IMG/VR virus record: IMGVR_UViG_3300044608_002890 | Strand: one strand, 5' to 3' | DNA length: 64,000 bases | Origin: a virus | Part shown: positions 39,712 to 48,020 of the stretch, in pieces | How positions within the stretch are numbered: position 1 is the first letter of the stretch | Layout: every line of letters begins with the position of its first letter | The notes under the pieces: generated by a model | What the model was told of the DNA's origin: nothing | Seen by the model: the letters and a program-made list of their open reading frames with translations, nothing else | Database searches by the model: none | Position numbers and translations under genes: made by a program

Positions 39712-40152
39712 ATGAAACTCAGTGAACTCCAGGATGCCTGGTCCCAAGATAGTCGCATTGACGAAACCAATTTAGGTCGCGAAGCAGTTCGTACACCACA
39801 ACTGCATGCCAAGTACCTAAATTGGCTGGGCAGCGCCAGGCTCAATCTCCGCAAAGCCGAAAGTGACTACCTAAATCTTCGTAGAAAAAAGTATAAGTAT
39901 TACAGAGGTGAAATGACTCGTGAAGAGCTGGCTGCCGAAGAATGGCAGCAGTTTCAGGGCAACAAACCGCTCAAGAACGAAATGGATGAGATCCTAACCA
40001 CCGATGCCGATCTCATTGCTCTGGAAGACAAGGTAGAATATTTTAAAACTGTTCTGAATCAACTAGAACAAATTGTGCGCAGCATCAACAGTCGAACCTG
40101 GGACGTTAAAAACAGCATAGAATGGCATAAGTTTACCAATGGCATGATCTAA
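39712..40152 (+). CDS. uvsY: recombination mediator UvsY
   Basis: DSRIDETNL..TPQLHAKYL..KYKYYRGE..INSRTWDVKNSIEWHKFTNG. Confidence 0.92.
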   Translation: MKLSELQDAWSQDSRIDETNLGREAVRTPQLHAKYLNWLGSARLNLRKAESDYLNLRRKKYKYYRGEMTREELAAEEWQQFQGNKPLKNEMDEILTTDADLIALEDKVEYFKTVLNQLEQIVRSINSRTWDVKNSIEWHKFTNGMI

Positions 40153-41630
40153 TGATTCGAGTTCGACAAAAAGACGCAGTCTACATACAAATCGATACAG
40201 ACCCAGGCATTAGCCAAGAGCTAAATGATCATTTCAGTTTCGAAGTACCTGGAGCAAAATTTCATCCCCTGTACAAGTCCAGAATGTGGGATGGACGTGT
40301 TCGATTGTTTAGTATGTTTACTCGCGAGCTTTATGTGGGTCTTCTGCCCTATGTCAGAAAATTCTGCAAGGAAAGAGACTATGAACTCGATGAATCCGAA
40401 CTTATTATTCCAACAGACGCTCCTAGTCGTGAAGAAGTTGAAGAATTTTGTCGTGGCCTAAATCTTGGTTCCCGTGGATCCACTCTGGACATACGAGACT
40501 ATCAGATCGATGCAGTGTGGATGGCTCTTAGTGAAGGTCGGAAACTCTTGCTCAGTCCTACAGGGTCGGGCAAGAGTCTGATCATCTATAGTCTGATGCG
40601 TTGGAATCTAGAACGTAATCGCAATCAACTTATCATTGTTCCAACTACCAGTCTGGTAGAACAGTTATTTGCTGACTTTCAGGACTATAGTTGCCTGAAC
40701 AATTTCAAAGTTCCAGATCATGTCTATAGAATCTATGCTGGACATGAACGTTCTAATCTTTATCCTGTGGTGATCAGTACCTGGCAGAGCCTCTACAAAT
40801 TACCCAAGGCATTCTTTGCACCCTTCCATTGTGTGTATGGTGATGAGGCGCATTTATTCAAAGCCAAAAGCCTTAGCAACATCATGCACAAGTGTGTGAA
40901 TGCCCACCATAGATTTGGTACTACGGGTACATTGGATGGTTCTAAAACTCATAAACTGGTGCTAGAAGGTTTGTTCAATCCAGTCTATAAGGTCACCACC
41001 ACCAAAAAGCTCATGGACAACCAACAGTTGGCTGAGCTAAAAATCTACAACATCATTCTAGAATATCCCGATGACGTTCGAAAGGCTGTCAAAGACCACA
41101 GCTATCAGGAAGAAATGGATTTCATAGTCCAACACGAACGTCGTAATCGGTTTATTCGTAACCTGGCTCTGGATCAAAAGGGCAATACTCTGGTATTGTT
41201 TCAGTTCGTAGAAAAACATGGCAACATACTCTATGACATGATTGCAGGCAAGGCCGATGCCAACCGTATGATAAAATTTGTCTATGGTGGTACCGAAACC
41301 GAACAAAGAGAACAGGTACGGCAATTGACAGAAACTGCGTCGGATGCCATAATAGTAGCAAGTTTTGGGACCTTTAGCACGGGAATAAATATTCGTAACC
41401 TGCATAATATTATCTTTGCCAGCCCTAGCAAGAGTCGTATCCGAAACCTCCAGAGCATTGGTCGTGGTCTGAGAACCAGTGAGAGCAAGACCAGTTGCAA
41501 CCTATATGACATCGCCGACGACCTAAGTTGGAAGTCTCGTAAAAACTATACATTATTACATATGATTGAACGAATTCGCATATACAACGAAGAATCCTTC
41601 GACTATAATCTAGTAAAGGTGCAACTATGA
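40152..41630 (+). CDS. uvsW: UvsW DNA/RNA helicase
   Basis: SPTGSGKS, DEAH, GTTGT, FSTGINIRNLHN, QSIGRGLR. Confidence 0.96.
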   Translation: MIRVRQKDAVYIQIDTDPGISQELNDHFSFEVPGAKFHPLYKSRMWDGRVRLFSMFTRELYVGLLPYVRKFCKERDYELDESELIIPTDAPSREEVEEFCRGLNLGSRGSTLDIRDYQIDAVWMALSEGRKLLLSPTGSGKSLIIYSLMRWNLERNRNQLIIVPTTSLVEQLFADFQDYSCLNNFKVPDHVYRIYAGHERSNLYPVVISTWQSLYKLPKAFFAPFHCVYGDEAHLFKAKSLSNIMHKCVNAHHRFGTTGTLDGSKTHKLVLEGLFNPVYKVTTTKKLMDNQQLAELKIYNIILEYPDDVRKAVKDHSYQEEMDFIVQHERRNRFIRNLALDQKGNTLVLFQFVEKHGNILYDMIAGKADANRMIKFVYGGTETEQREQVRQLTETASDAIIVASFGTFSTGINIRNLHNIIFASPSKSRIRNLQSIGRGLRTSESKTSCNLYDIADDLSWKSRKNYTLLHMIERIRIYNEESFDYNLVKVQL

Positions 41631-42091
41631 CACAACCATCATCGTTGTTCTGCAAATACATCAAATTCTCCAATGGCGACAACATTGTGTGTCTGACCGA
41701 TGATAACTGCGATGATCTTGGAAATTTACGCAGCATCGTAGTCATGGAACCCATGAGCGTTGTTCCCATACGCATACCTAGATTTGGTAAACTCATGGAA
41801 ACCTATGTATTGCATCCCTGGTTGCCCTTGACTGATGAGAAGGTAGTTGAAATAAGCACTGGCAGCATCATCAGTGCTGTTGAAGCTCGTAATTCTTTCA
41901 GGGAACAATACGAGCAATTCATAGAACAACAAAACCAATCTCCGGACATTGAAGAAAATCAAGAACTTGAAATCGAAGAAGACCTATCACGCGCACAAGA
42001 ACTTTTGAAAACACTTGCCACAACCGAACACGAGGAAGATGATGACAACGACGACGGACACTGGAATCCAACCAGTAGAACCCTCCACTAA
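41627..42091 (+). CDS. hypothetical protein (conserved between uvsW and gp55)
   Basis: YIKFSNGDNIVC..PWLPLTDEKV..acidic tail ending RTLH; ATGA overlap with uvsW. Confidence 0.65.
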   Translation: MTQPSSLFCKYIKFSNGDNIVCLTDDNCDDLGNLRSIVVMEPMSVVPIRIPRFGKLMETYVLHPWLPLTDEKVVEISTGSIISAVEARNSFREQYEQFIEQQNQSPDIEENQELEIEEDLSRAQELLKTLATTEHEEDDDNDDGHWNPTSRTLH

Positions 42092-42632
42092 AAAAGCCAA
42101 TGCACATTATGTTGACAACAAGAAATTCTATGATGCTCTTGTTGACTACAGAAACCAAGTCATAGCTGCATTGAGCGAAGGGCGTGAAAAACCTCAGATT
42201 AGCAATTACCTAGGCGATTGTTTCATAAAGATTGCCACGCATTTGAGCTACAAGGCAAACTTCATTAACTATACCTTTAAAGATGACATGATCAGCGACG
42301 GCATAGAAAATTGTCTGGCGGCTGCTGATAAATTTGATCCCACAAAAAGCACCAATCCTTTTGCCTATTATACGCAGATCGTTTACTTTGCCTTTATTCG
42401 AAGAATTCAGAAGGAAAAGAAACAGCAAGCCACCAAATACAAGATCATAGAAAATCTGGATCTAGAAGATCTTTTGAACAACGAAACTGATTTAAATGAA
42501 TTCAATAACCAGTTTCTTGACTACATGAAGAAACAATTGGATCAGGTAGACATTGAAAAGCGCATCATCAAGAAACCAAAAAATAATGTTTTGGCAGAAG
42601 AAATAGATACACCCATTGACAACGACAACTAA
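42039..42632 (+). CDS. gp55: late sigma factor gp55
   Basis: HYVDNKKFY..YLGDCFIKIATHLSYKANFINYT..MISDGIENC..FDPTKSTNPFAYYTQI..AFIRRIQKEKKQ. Start set at ATG 42039 after a GAGG RBS. Confidence 0.96.
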   Translation: MMTTTTDTGIQPVEPSTKKANAHYVDNKKFYDALVDYRNQVIAALSEGREKPQISNYLGDCFIKIATHLSYKANFINYTFKDDMISDGIENCLAAADKFDPTKSTNPFAYYTQIVYFAFIRRIQKEKKQQATKYKIIENLDLEDLLNNETDLNEFNNQFLDYMKKQLDQVDIEKRIIKKPKNNVLAEEIDTPIDNDN

Positions 42633-42644
42633 ATATACTACAAT
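42616..42644 (+). promoter_or_regulatory. sigma70-type promoter (TTGACA-17 bp-TACAAT) with an overlapping late-like ACTAAATA, upstream of queE
   Basis: TTGACA 42616-21, TACAAT 42639-44, ACTAAATA 42628-35, AGGAG RBS before ATG 42668. Confidence 0.7.
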
Positions 42645-42667
42645 TCAGTATATTCAGGAGATATATT

Positions 42668-43513
42668 ATGAGCAAGATTAAAATATCAGAATTATTCTAT
42701 AGCATTCAAGGTGAAGGTCGATTCATGGGTGTGCCCAGTGTGTTCTTGAGAACCTTTGGATGTAATTTTACCTGTGATGGCTTTGGCATGCCCCGAGGAG
42801 AAAAAAGTGACGAGCGAGAAATCATTGCACAACATGCGGATCAGTACAAAAATTATAAATCTTTGCCTCTGGTTACTACAGGTTGTGATAGTTACGCTAG
42901 TTGGGATGTTAGGTTCAAGCATCTTAGCCCTGTTGTGTCTGTTGATGTTATTGTTGATGCCATTCTACATATGCTACCTCATGGCAAGTGGACAAGTGAG
43001 CATCTCGTTATTACAGGAGGAGAACCACTGCTTGGGTGGCAAAGGTCGTATCCTGATCTCCTCTCGCACCCCGATATGGTCAATCTTCAAGAACTCACAT
43101 TCGAGACCAACGGAACCCAAAAACTAGAACCTAAATTTTCTGAATATCTCAAGACTCATTGGCGCAAGGGCTGGGATCGACTTACTTTCAGTGTGAGTCC
43201 CAAACTAAGTGTCAGTGGTGAGAAATGGTCGGATGCCATCAAGCCCGAAATAATCATGCAGTATCAGGAACATGGGTTTGTATATCTGAAGTTTGTTGTA
43301 GCCACCGAAGATGATGTCGCCGAAGCATCCCAGGCAGTTCAGGAATATGTTGATGCAGGGTTTACGGGTCCTGTGTACCTCATGCCCGTAGGTGGTGTTG
43401 AATCAGTTTATGCCATGAACAATAAAAATGTCGCGCTCATGGCCATGAAGAAAGGCTGGCGATATTCAGACAGACTTCAGGTGCCATTGTTTAAGAATGA
43501 ATGGGGTACCTGA
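42668..43513 (+). CDS. queE: 7-carboxy-7-deazaguanine synthase (radical SAM)
   Basis: ISELFYSIQGEG..VFLRTFGCNFTC..GCDS..ITGGEPLL..ETNGT..SPKL..LMPVG..SDRLQ. Confidence 0.92.
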   Translation: MSKIKISELFYSIQGEGRFMGVPSVFLRTFGCNFTCDGFGMPRGEKSDEREIIAQHADQYKNYKSLPLVTTGCDSYASWDVRFKHLSPVVSVDVIVDAILHMLPHGKWTSEHLVITGGEPLLGWQRSYPDLLSHPDMVNLQELTFETNGTQKLEPKFSEYLKTHWRKGWDRLTFSVSPKLSVSGEKWSDAIKPEIIMQYQEHGFVYLKFVVATEDDVAEASQAVQEYVDAGFTGPVYLMPVGGVESVYAMNNKNVALMAMKKGWRYSDRLQVPLFKNEWGT

Positions 43514-43650
43514 TGCAACGTTTTCCGAGTTACTGTTGCCAAAAGTGTGGAGAACATATAGGTTGGTTAGGCAGATTTTTTAACGCTCTTTTACCCGGGT
43601 GGCACAAGTGTCCACCAACTGAAAGAGATTCAAACAATTGGGGTATTTAA
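43513..43650 (+). CDS. 45-aa Cys/His-rich micro-protein (possible Zn finger)
   Basis: MQRFPSYCCQKCGEHIGWLGRFFNALLPGWHKCPPTERDSNNWGI*. Coupled to queE by TGATG and to folE by TAATG. Not in the ORF track. Confidence 0.6.
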   Translation: MQRFPSYCCQKCGEHIGWLGRFFNALLPGWHKCPPTERDSNNWGI

Positions 43651-44384
43651 TGAGTAATAAACTAGTAGAACAAGCACCATATCATCCAGGCTACGAAGGT
43701 GCTGTGTTTGGTCGTCCCATGAGTGAAGTCATCCGTGAACGCATTCAACAAGGGCAGGCAAGATTTTTCGCCAATGACAACATTTCTCCATTTATTCATG
43801 ATGAAGAAGAAATCGATCGGTTGGTAGATGAAGTAGCCGATAAGTTTCAAGGCGTATTACGCAGTCTCATCATTGATACCAGCAACGATCATAACACGCA
43901 AGATACTGCACGTCGTGTAGCCAAGATGTTTGTTCGTGAAACATTCAGTGGTCGATATGCCAATCCACCCAAGGTAACTGCTTTTCCTAACGTAACAGAA
44001 TACGATCAGCTTTATGTCACAGGTCCTATCACTATTCGGAGCACTTGCGCGCATCATTTCCAAAATATTGTTGGCAGGGCTTATATTGGTGTTTTTCCTG
44101 GTCGCAATGTTATTGGGCTTAGTAAGTTTAATCGTATAACCGATTGGATTGCTAGCCGCCCACAGATCCAGGAAGAAATGACCGTACAGATTGCCGATGC
44201 CATTGAGCGCGAAACCGAAGCCGATGGTGTAGCAGTATTGATTCAAGCCGAGCATCATTGCATGACTCATCGTGGAGTCAAAGAGCATGAATCAGACATG
44301 ACCACCAGTGTCATGCGTGGCAAGTTCCGTGACGACCATGCCCTCAAGCAGGAATTTTTCAGCATTGTTGGAAAGATGAAATGA
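43650..44384 (+). CDS. folE: GTP cyclohydrolase I
   Basis: TARRVAKMF..IRSTCAHH..IGLSKFNR..RPQIQEEMT..HHCMTHRGV. Start moved to ATG 43650. Confidence 0.95.
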   Translation: MSNKLVEQAPYHPGYEGAVFGRPMSEVIRERIQQGQARFFANDNISPFIHDEEEIDRLVDEVADKFQGVLRSLIIDTSNDHNTQDTARRVAKMFVRETFSGRYANPPKVTAFPNVTEYDQLYVTGPITIRSTCAHHFQNIVGRAYIGVFPGRNVIGLSKFNRITDWIASRPQIQEEMTVQIADAIERETEADGVAVLIQAEHHCMTHRGVKEHESDMTTSVMRGKFRDDHALKQEFFSIVGKMK

Positions 44385-44884
44385 CGCAAGTCATGATTGA
44401 CCTAGAAACGCTAAGTACGCAATACAATGCCACCATACTTAGCATAGGCGCCGTAAAGTTCCAGGATCAAAGTATCCTGGATACTTTTTACGTAAACATA
44501 GATCCGGCTTCGTGCAAACAAGCCGGTCTGCATGTGGAACGTAAGACCATAGAATGGTGGAGCAAGCAAAACGCCGAAGCCCGCAAAGCCATCATGAAGG
44601 ACCAACGGTCATTGACAGATGCGCTCAAAGCATTTAGAATCTGGTATGGTAGCCAAAGCGTACCAACCTGGGGCAACGGAGCAGCATTTGATCTGGTCAT
44701 CATGACCAGCGCATTTCGCAGCATCGATACCGAACCTCCCTGGAAGCCCTGGGAAGAACGCTGCTACAGAACCATCAACGCCATTGTAAAGATACCGCAA
44801 GATGAACGGCAAGGAACATACCATAATGCACTTGATGATGCTCTGCACCAGACACGTCATCTCATGAAGATTCTAGGAAGTTAA
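44381..44884 (+). CDS. DEDDh 3'-5' exonuclease (DUF5051/Rv2179c-like)
   Basis: MIDLETL..ILSIGAV..WGNGAAFD..RCYRT..HNALDDA. Confidence 0.85.
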   Translation: MTQVMIDLETLSTQYNATILSIGAVKFQDQSILDTFYVNIDPASCKQAGLHVERKTIEWWSKQNAEARKAIMKDQRSLTDALKAFRIWYGSQSVPTWGNGAAFDLVIMTSAFRSIDTEPPWKPWEERCYRTINAIVKIPQDERQGTYHNALDDALHQTRHLMKILGS

Positions 44885-44885
44885 C

Positions 44886-46175
44886 ATGTACGAATACGTA
44901 GCCAGTGGTACCAGCTATTTCAAGCTCATGTACCAGGAAAGTTATAGACGAGAGAATCTCGAAGTCTTTGAAAAGACCTTTGCCAGTCTCAATGGACAGC
45001 ATAAGCACAACATCAGTCTATTGTACAATGCCTTTACGGAATCCAGGACCGGTCCACGCATCAGAGAAAACTATGGATCAATGATTCATAGTGTGCATGC
45101 AGACTCCGGTGGCTTGCAGGTCATCACTCTAGGCAAGCAGATTACCCCAGAGCTCAAAGAGCAGGTCTATGCCAATCAGGCTCTGAATTCCACCATTGCC
45201 ATGTGCTTTGACATGATTCCAGTATCTACCCGAAGTGGCGATCGCAGTGGTCGATTGGATTTAGAAAATCGTTATTTTGATCATGACAAGCTGGAAGCCT
45301 GTGCACGTGAGACCGGAAAGAACCTAAGACGTCAGATTGACCATTTCGATGAGAAAAAGAGTCAGGCTCGCCCCATGCTCATTGCACAGGGCAACTGTTA
45401 TGACACCTACATGCGTTGGGTGGACTATATTGTTCAAGAATTAACTCCCTATCACATAAGTCGCATCGGCGGCATAGCCATGGGAGCTGCGGCTCTGGGC
45501 AAAGGTCCTCTGGAGGACATCAAGCGAGCATTTTACTTTACCAAGTTGCCCATTGAACTACAGAGTCCGCACATGCACTTGTTGGGCGTGGGCAGTGTTT
45601 ATAGACTGTTGCCCAACATCATATTCTTTCAGAACGGACTATACGAAGGCGTTGAACTAAGCTATGACAGCACAACGCATACCAGCGGAGTAACGCAGGG
45701 TCGTTATTACTTGACTGGTGATAGAGTCATCAATGGCAAGTATCGTACCAGCGAATATCAGTTGTCGTTCACCAGAACCTTTGACGATAACTATAGAATC
45801 GTCTGGGAAGATATCTGCGCAATCTTTCCGTTCATGTCTCGTTACAGTCTCAACACCTTTTATGAAGTTCTTCAGATCAGCGCTCGTGATTACGAAGCCA
45901 AACATGGCAGCATAGATCCCAGCATTCAGATCTATATTGCCTATGTCAGTGCCTGCATCAAGAACTTCATGCGGCACGTAGAGCATGTTACTGAGAGTCG
46001 TGAAAATCTCATAGACTTTGCTCGCGGTGATGACAAGAATGCGTTTCATTTTCTATACGAAGTACAAAGCACCGATGATTTCAATCATTGGCTAAACAAC
46101 ATAGGCAAGACCATTGATAGTGAACCCGTAGCTGTCTCACAATCAAGCGTCGATTTAATGGAGATGATGTCATGA
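44886..46175 (+). CDS. dpdA: TGT-superfamily guanine transglycosylase, DpdA-like (probable DNA 7-deazaguanine insertase)
   Basis: DSGGLQ, AMCFD, IAQG, HLLGVG and SYDSTT match the TGT/DpdA catalytic motifs. No CxCxxC zinc site, unlike tRNA TGTs. Embedded in Que genes. Confidence 0.75.
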   Translation: MYEYVASGTSYFKLMYQESYRRENLEVFEKTFASLNGQHKHNISLLYNAFTESRTGPRIRENYGSMIHSVHADSGGLQVITLGKQITPELKEQVYANQALNSTIAMCFDMIPVSTRSGDRSGRLDLENRYFDHDKLEACARETGKNLRRQIDHFDEKKSQARPMLIAQGNCYDTYMRWVDYIVQELTPYHISRIGGIAMGAAALGKGPLEDIKRAFYFTKLPIELQSPHMHLLGVGSVYRLLPNIIFFQNGLYEGVELSYDSTTHTSGVTQGRYYLTGDRVINGKYRTSEYQLSFTRTFDDNYRIVWEDICAIFPFMSRYSLNTFYEVLQISARDYEAKHGSIDPSIQIYIAYVSACIKNFMRHVEHVTESRENLIDFARGDDKNAFHFLYEVQSTDDFNHWLNNIGKTIDSEPVAVSQSSVDLMEMMS

Positions 46176-46576
46176 ATATCCGTAGATGGATCGAAGTAAG
46201 TTTTCAGAAAGAAGGTATACACAAGTATCCTGCAGCAGCCGAAGATCCCAAACTAGCTACTGGCGGTTGGGATGATGTTAGTTTCCTGGCAAATCCACAT
46301 CGTCACATGTTCCATTTCAATGTTAGGCTCGAAGTAGAACACAACGATCGCGATGTTGAATTCATTCAGTTCAAGCGCTGGCTGGAGAGGCTGTATTCAC
46401 AGGGTACGCTGGAGCTTGATTATCACAGTTGTGAAATGATGGCCGAAGAACTAATCGAACAAATCATGACGACCTATCCAAATCGTGACATTGAGGTTCG
46501 AGTATTCGAAGATGGTGAAAATGGCGCCATACTGACTGCCAGTCGCGATCGTCAGTGGAGAATTGTTGAACTATGA
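46172..46576 (+). CDS. QueD-like T-fold protein, DpdL-like (putative CDG decarboxylase)
   Basis: EGIHKYP..FLANPHRHMFHF carries the LxxxHRHxF signature I recall for DpdL. Also DRDVEFIQFKR, SCEMMAE and EDGENGA. Lacks the QueD catalytic Cys. Confidence 0.7.
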   Translation: MNIRRWIEVSFQKEGIHKYPAAAEDPKLATGGWDDVSFLANPHRHMFHFNVRLEVEHNDRDVEFIQFKRWLERLYSQGTLELDYHSCEMMAEELIEQIMTTYPNRDIEVRVFEDGENGAILTASRDRQWRIVEL

Positions 46577-46944
46577 TAGCCGAACCAATGACCGATGACT
46601 TTAGCATCGAAGGACATAAGGTTGTTAGAGTTGCCAGGAATTGGGGGCACTACAAAGTATTGCAGGAGTATCCTGGCGTAAAGGTCAAAGAACTTCTGGT
46701 TGAGCCCGGTCAGAGTCTTAGCCTGCAACGGCATTTCCACAGAGCAGAATTTTGGATTGTAGTTGATGGTAACGGTATGCTAGAACTAGACAATAAAAAA
46801 CTAGAGCTCAAGCCACAGACAACCGTTACCATTAAACCACTCCAATGGCACAAATTGTGGAACACCAGCAATCGACTTTTACGCCTAGTTGAGATACAAT
46901 ATGGGTCTGAATGTGACGAAGCCGATATTGAAAGGAAAACATGA
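46573..46944 (+). CDS. cupin, type II mannose-6-phosphate isomerase C-terminal domain-like
   Basis: RNWGHYKVL..VKELLVEPGQSLSLQRHFHRAEFWIVVDG..WHKLWN..EIQYG..EADIER. Confidence 0.85.
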   Translation: MIAEPMTDDFSIEGHKVVRVARNWGHYKVLQEYPGVKVKELLVEPGQSLSLQRHFHRAEFWIVVDGNGMLELDNKKLELKPQTTVTIKPLQWHKLWNTSNRLLRLVEIQYGSECDEADIERKT

Positions 46945-48020
46945 AGAACTTTTATATTGTGGACATTGAGCCCTTGGATAATAGGTACACCAAGCAATGG
47001 CGTACCTGGATTCCTAAGGTCGCCCAAGAGTATCTGGGCGAAGGGTTCAAAGTGGTGAACATAGCCGGCGAAGAAGGTGAATACAAGAAGCCCGAACCCG
47101 GCGCATTTTTTGACTTTTTAGGTACTTGCAAATACAAGGCCAGTCAGACCATTCGTATTGCCGAGCTCTTTGAGCAAGGCAAAGTTCGGGATGGTGATAT
47201 CTTCTACTTTACTGATGCCTGGAATCAGACCATTCACTTCCTGAAGTACATGGCTGAACTCAAAGACATACAAATCTATACTGCAGGTATCTGGCATGCT
47301 GGTGCCTATGATCCTACAGACATCTTGGGTGTTAAGATCAAGAATAAGCCCTGGGTCTATGGTTTTGAAGCATCTAGTTATTATGCTTTTGACATTAACT
47401 TCTTTGGTTCACATTACAATAAAAACCTTTTCTTGCAAACACTAGGGCTGGAATCCCAAGAAAGAGTACTAGGTAGATGTGTAAGTCCTGGAGCCTATTG
47501 TCTGGAATGGATTCGTGACCTTAAGAACGACCATGCCAAAGAGAACATAGTTGTATTTCCGCATCGGCTGAATTACGACAAAGCACCCTATGTGTTCGAT
47601 GAAATTGCTGCTGAAGTGCAAAAGACCAGACCTGATATTCGGTTCATCAAGACACAAGAACAGAACTTCAGCAAAGAAGAATACTATGACTTCCTCAAGA
47701 CCTGCAAGGTAATCTTTAGTGCCAACAAGCACGAAAATCTTGGCATTGGTACCTTCGAAGCCATGTGCTCGGGTTGCATTCCCTTGTTGCCTGACAAACT
47801 AAGCTATCATGAAATGTATGATCCAGTTTTCAAATATGAAGTTCAAGATAACCTTTATGACGTTGGTGCCAACAGAGAATATCTAGCACGTCGCATCATT
47901 TACTATGTTGACTACTATGAAAATTATAGAGCCGACTTAAATAATAACATCGATAGGCTTCATGACACCTATTTCAGTGGTCGTAACATGTTTGAAATTA
48001 TGAAAAGGACCTTTGTATGA
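46941..48020 (+). CDS. GT4-family glycosyltransferase, GTDC1/DUF3524-like
   Basis: VVFPHRLNYDKAP..SKEEYYDFL..IFSANKHENLGIGTFEAMCSGCIPLLPDKLSYHEM, containing the GT4 ExxGxxxxEA motif. Confidence 0.85.
   Translation: MKNFYIVDIEPLDNRYTKQWRTWIPKVAQEYLGEGFKVVNIAGEEGEYKKPEPGAFFDFLGTCKYKASQTIRIAELFEQGKVRDGDIFYFTDAWNQTIHFLKYMAELKDIQIYTAGIWHAGAYDPTDILGVKIKNKPWVYGFEASSYYAFDINFFGSHYNKNLFLQTLGLESQERVLGRCVSPGAYCLEWIRDLKNDHAKENIVVFPHRLNYDKAPYVFDEIAAEVQKTRPDIRFIKTQEQNFSKEEYYDFLKTCKVIFSANKHENLGIGTFEAMCSGCIPLLPDKLSYHEMYDPVFKYEVQDNLYDVGANREYLARRIIYYVDYYENYRADLNNNIDRLHDTYFSGRNMFEIMKRTFV

Noticed and set aside
44886-46175. Ordinary tRNA-guanine transglycosylase (tgt) as a queuosine AMG
   Set aside because: It lacks the zinc-binding motif of tRNA TGTs, there is no queA, queG or queF in the window, and the gp55-gp47 position favours DNA modification. 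tRNA action is not fully excluded.
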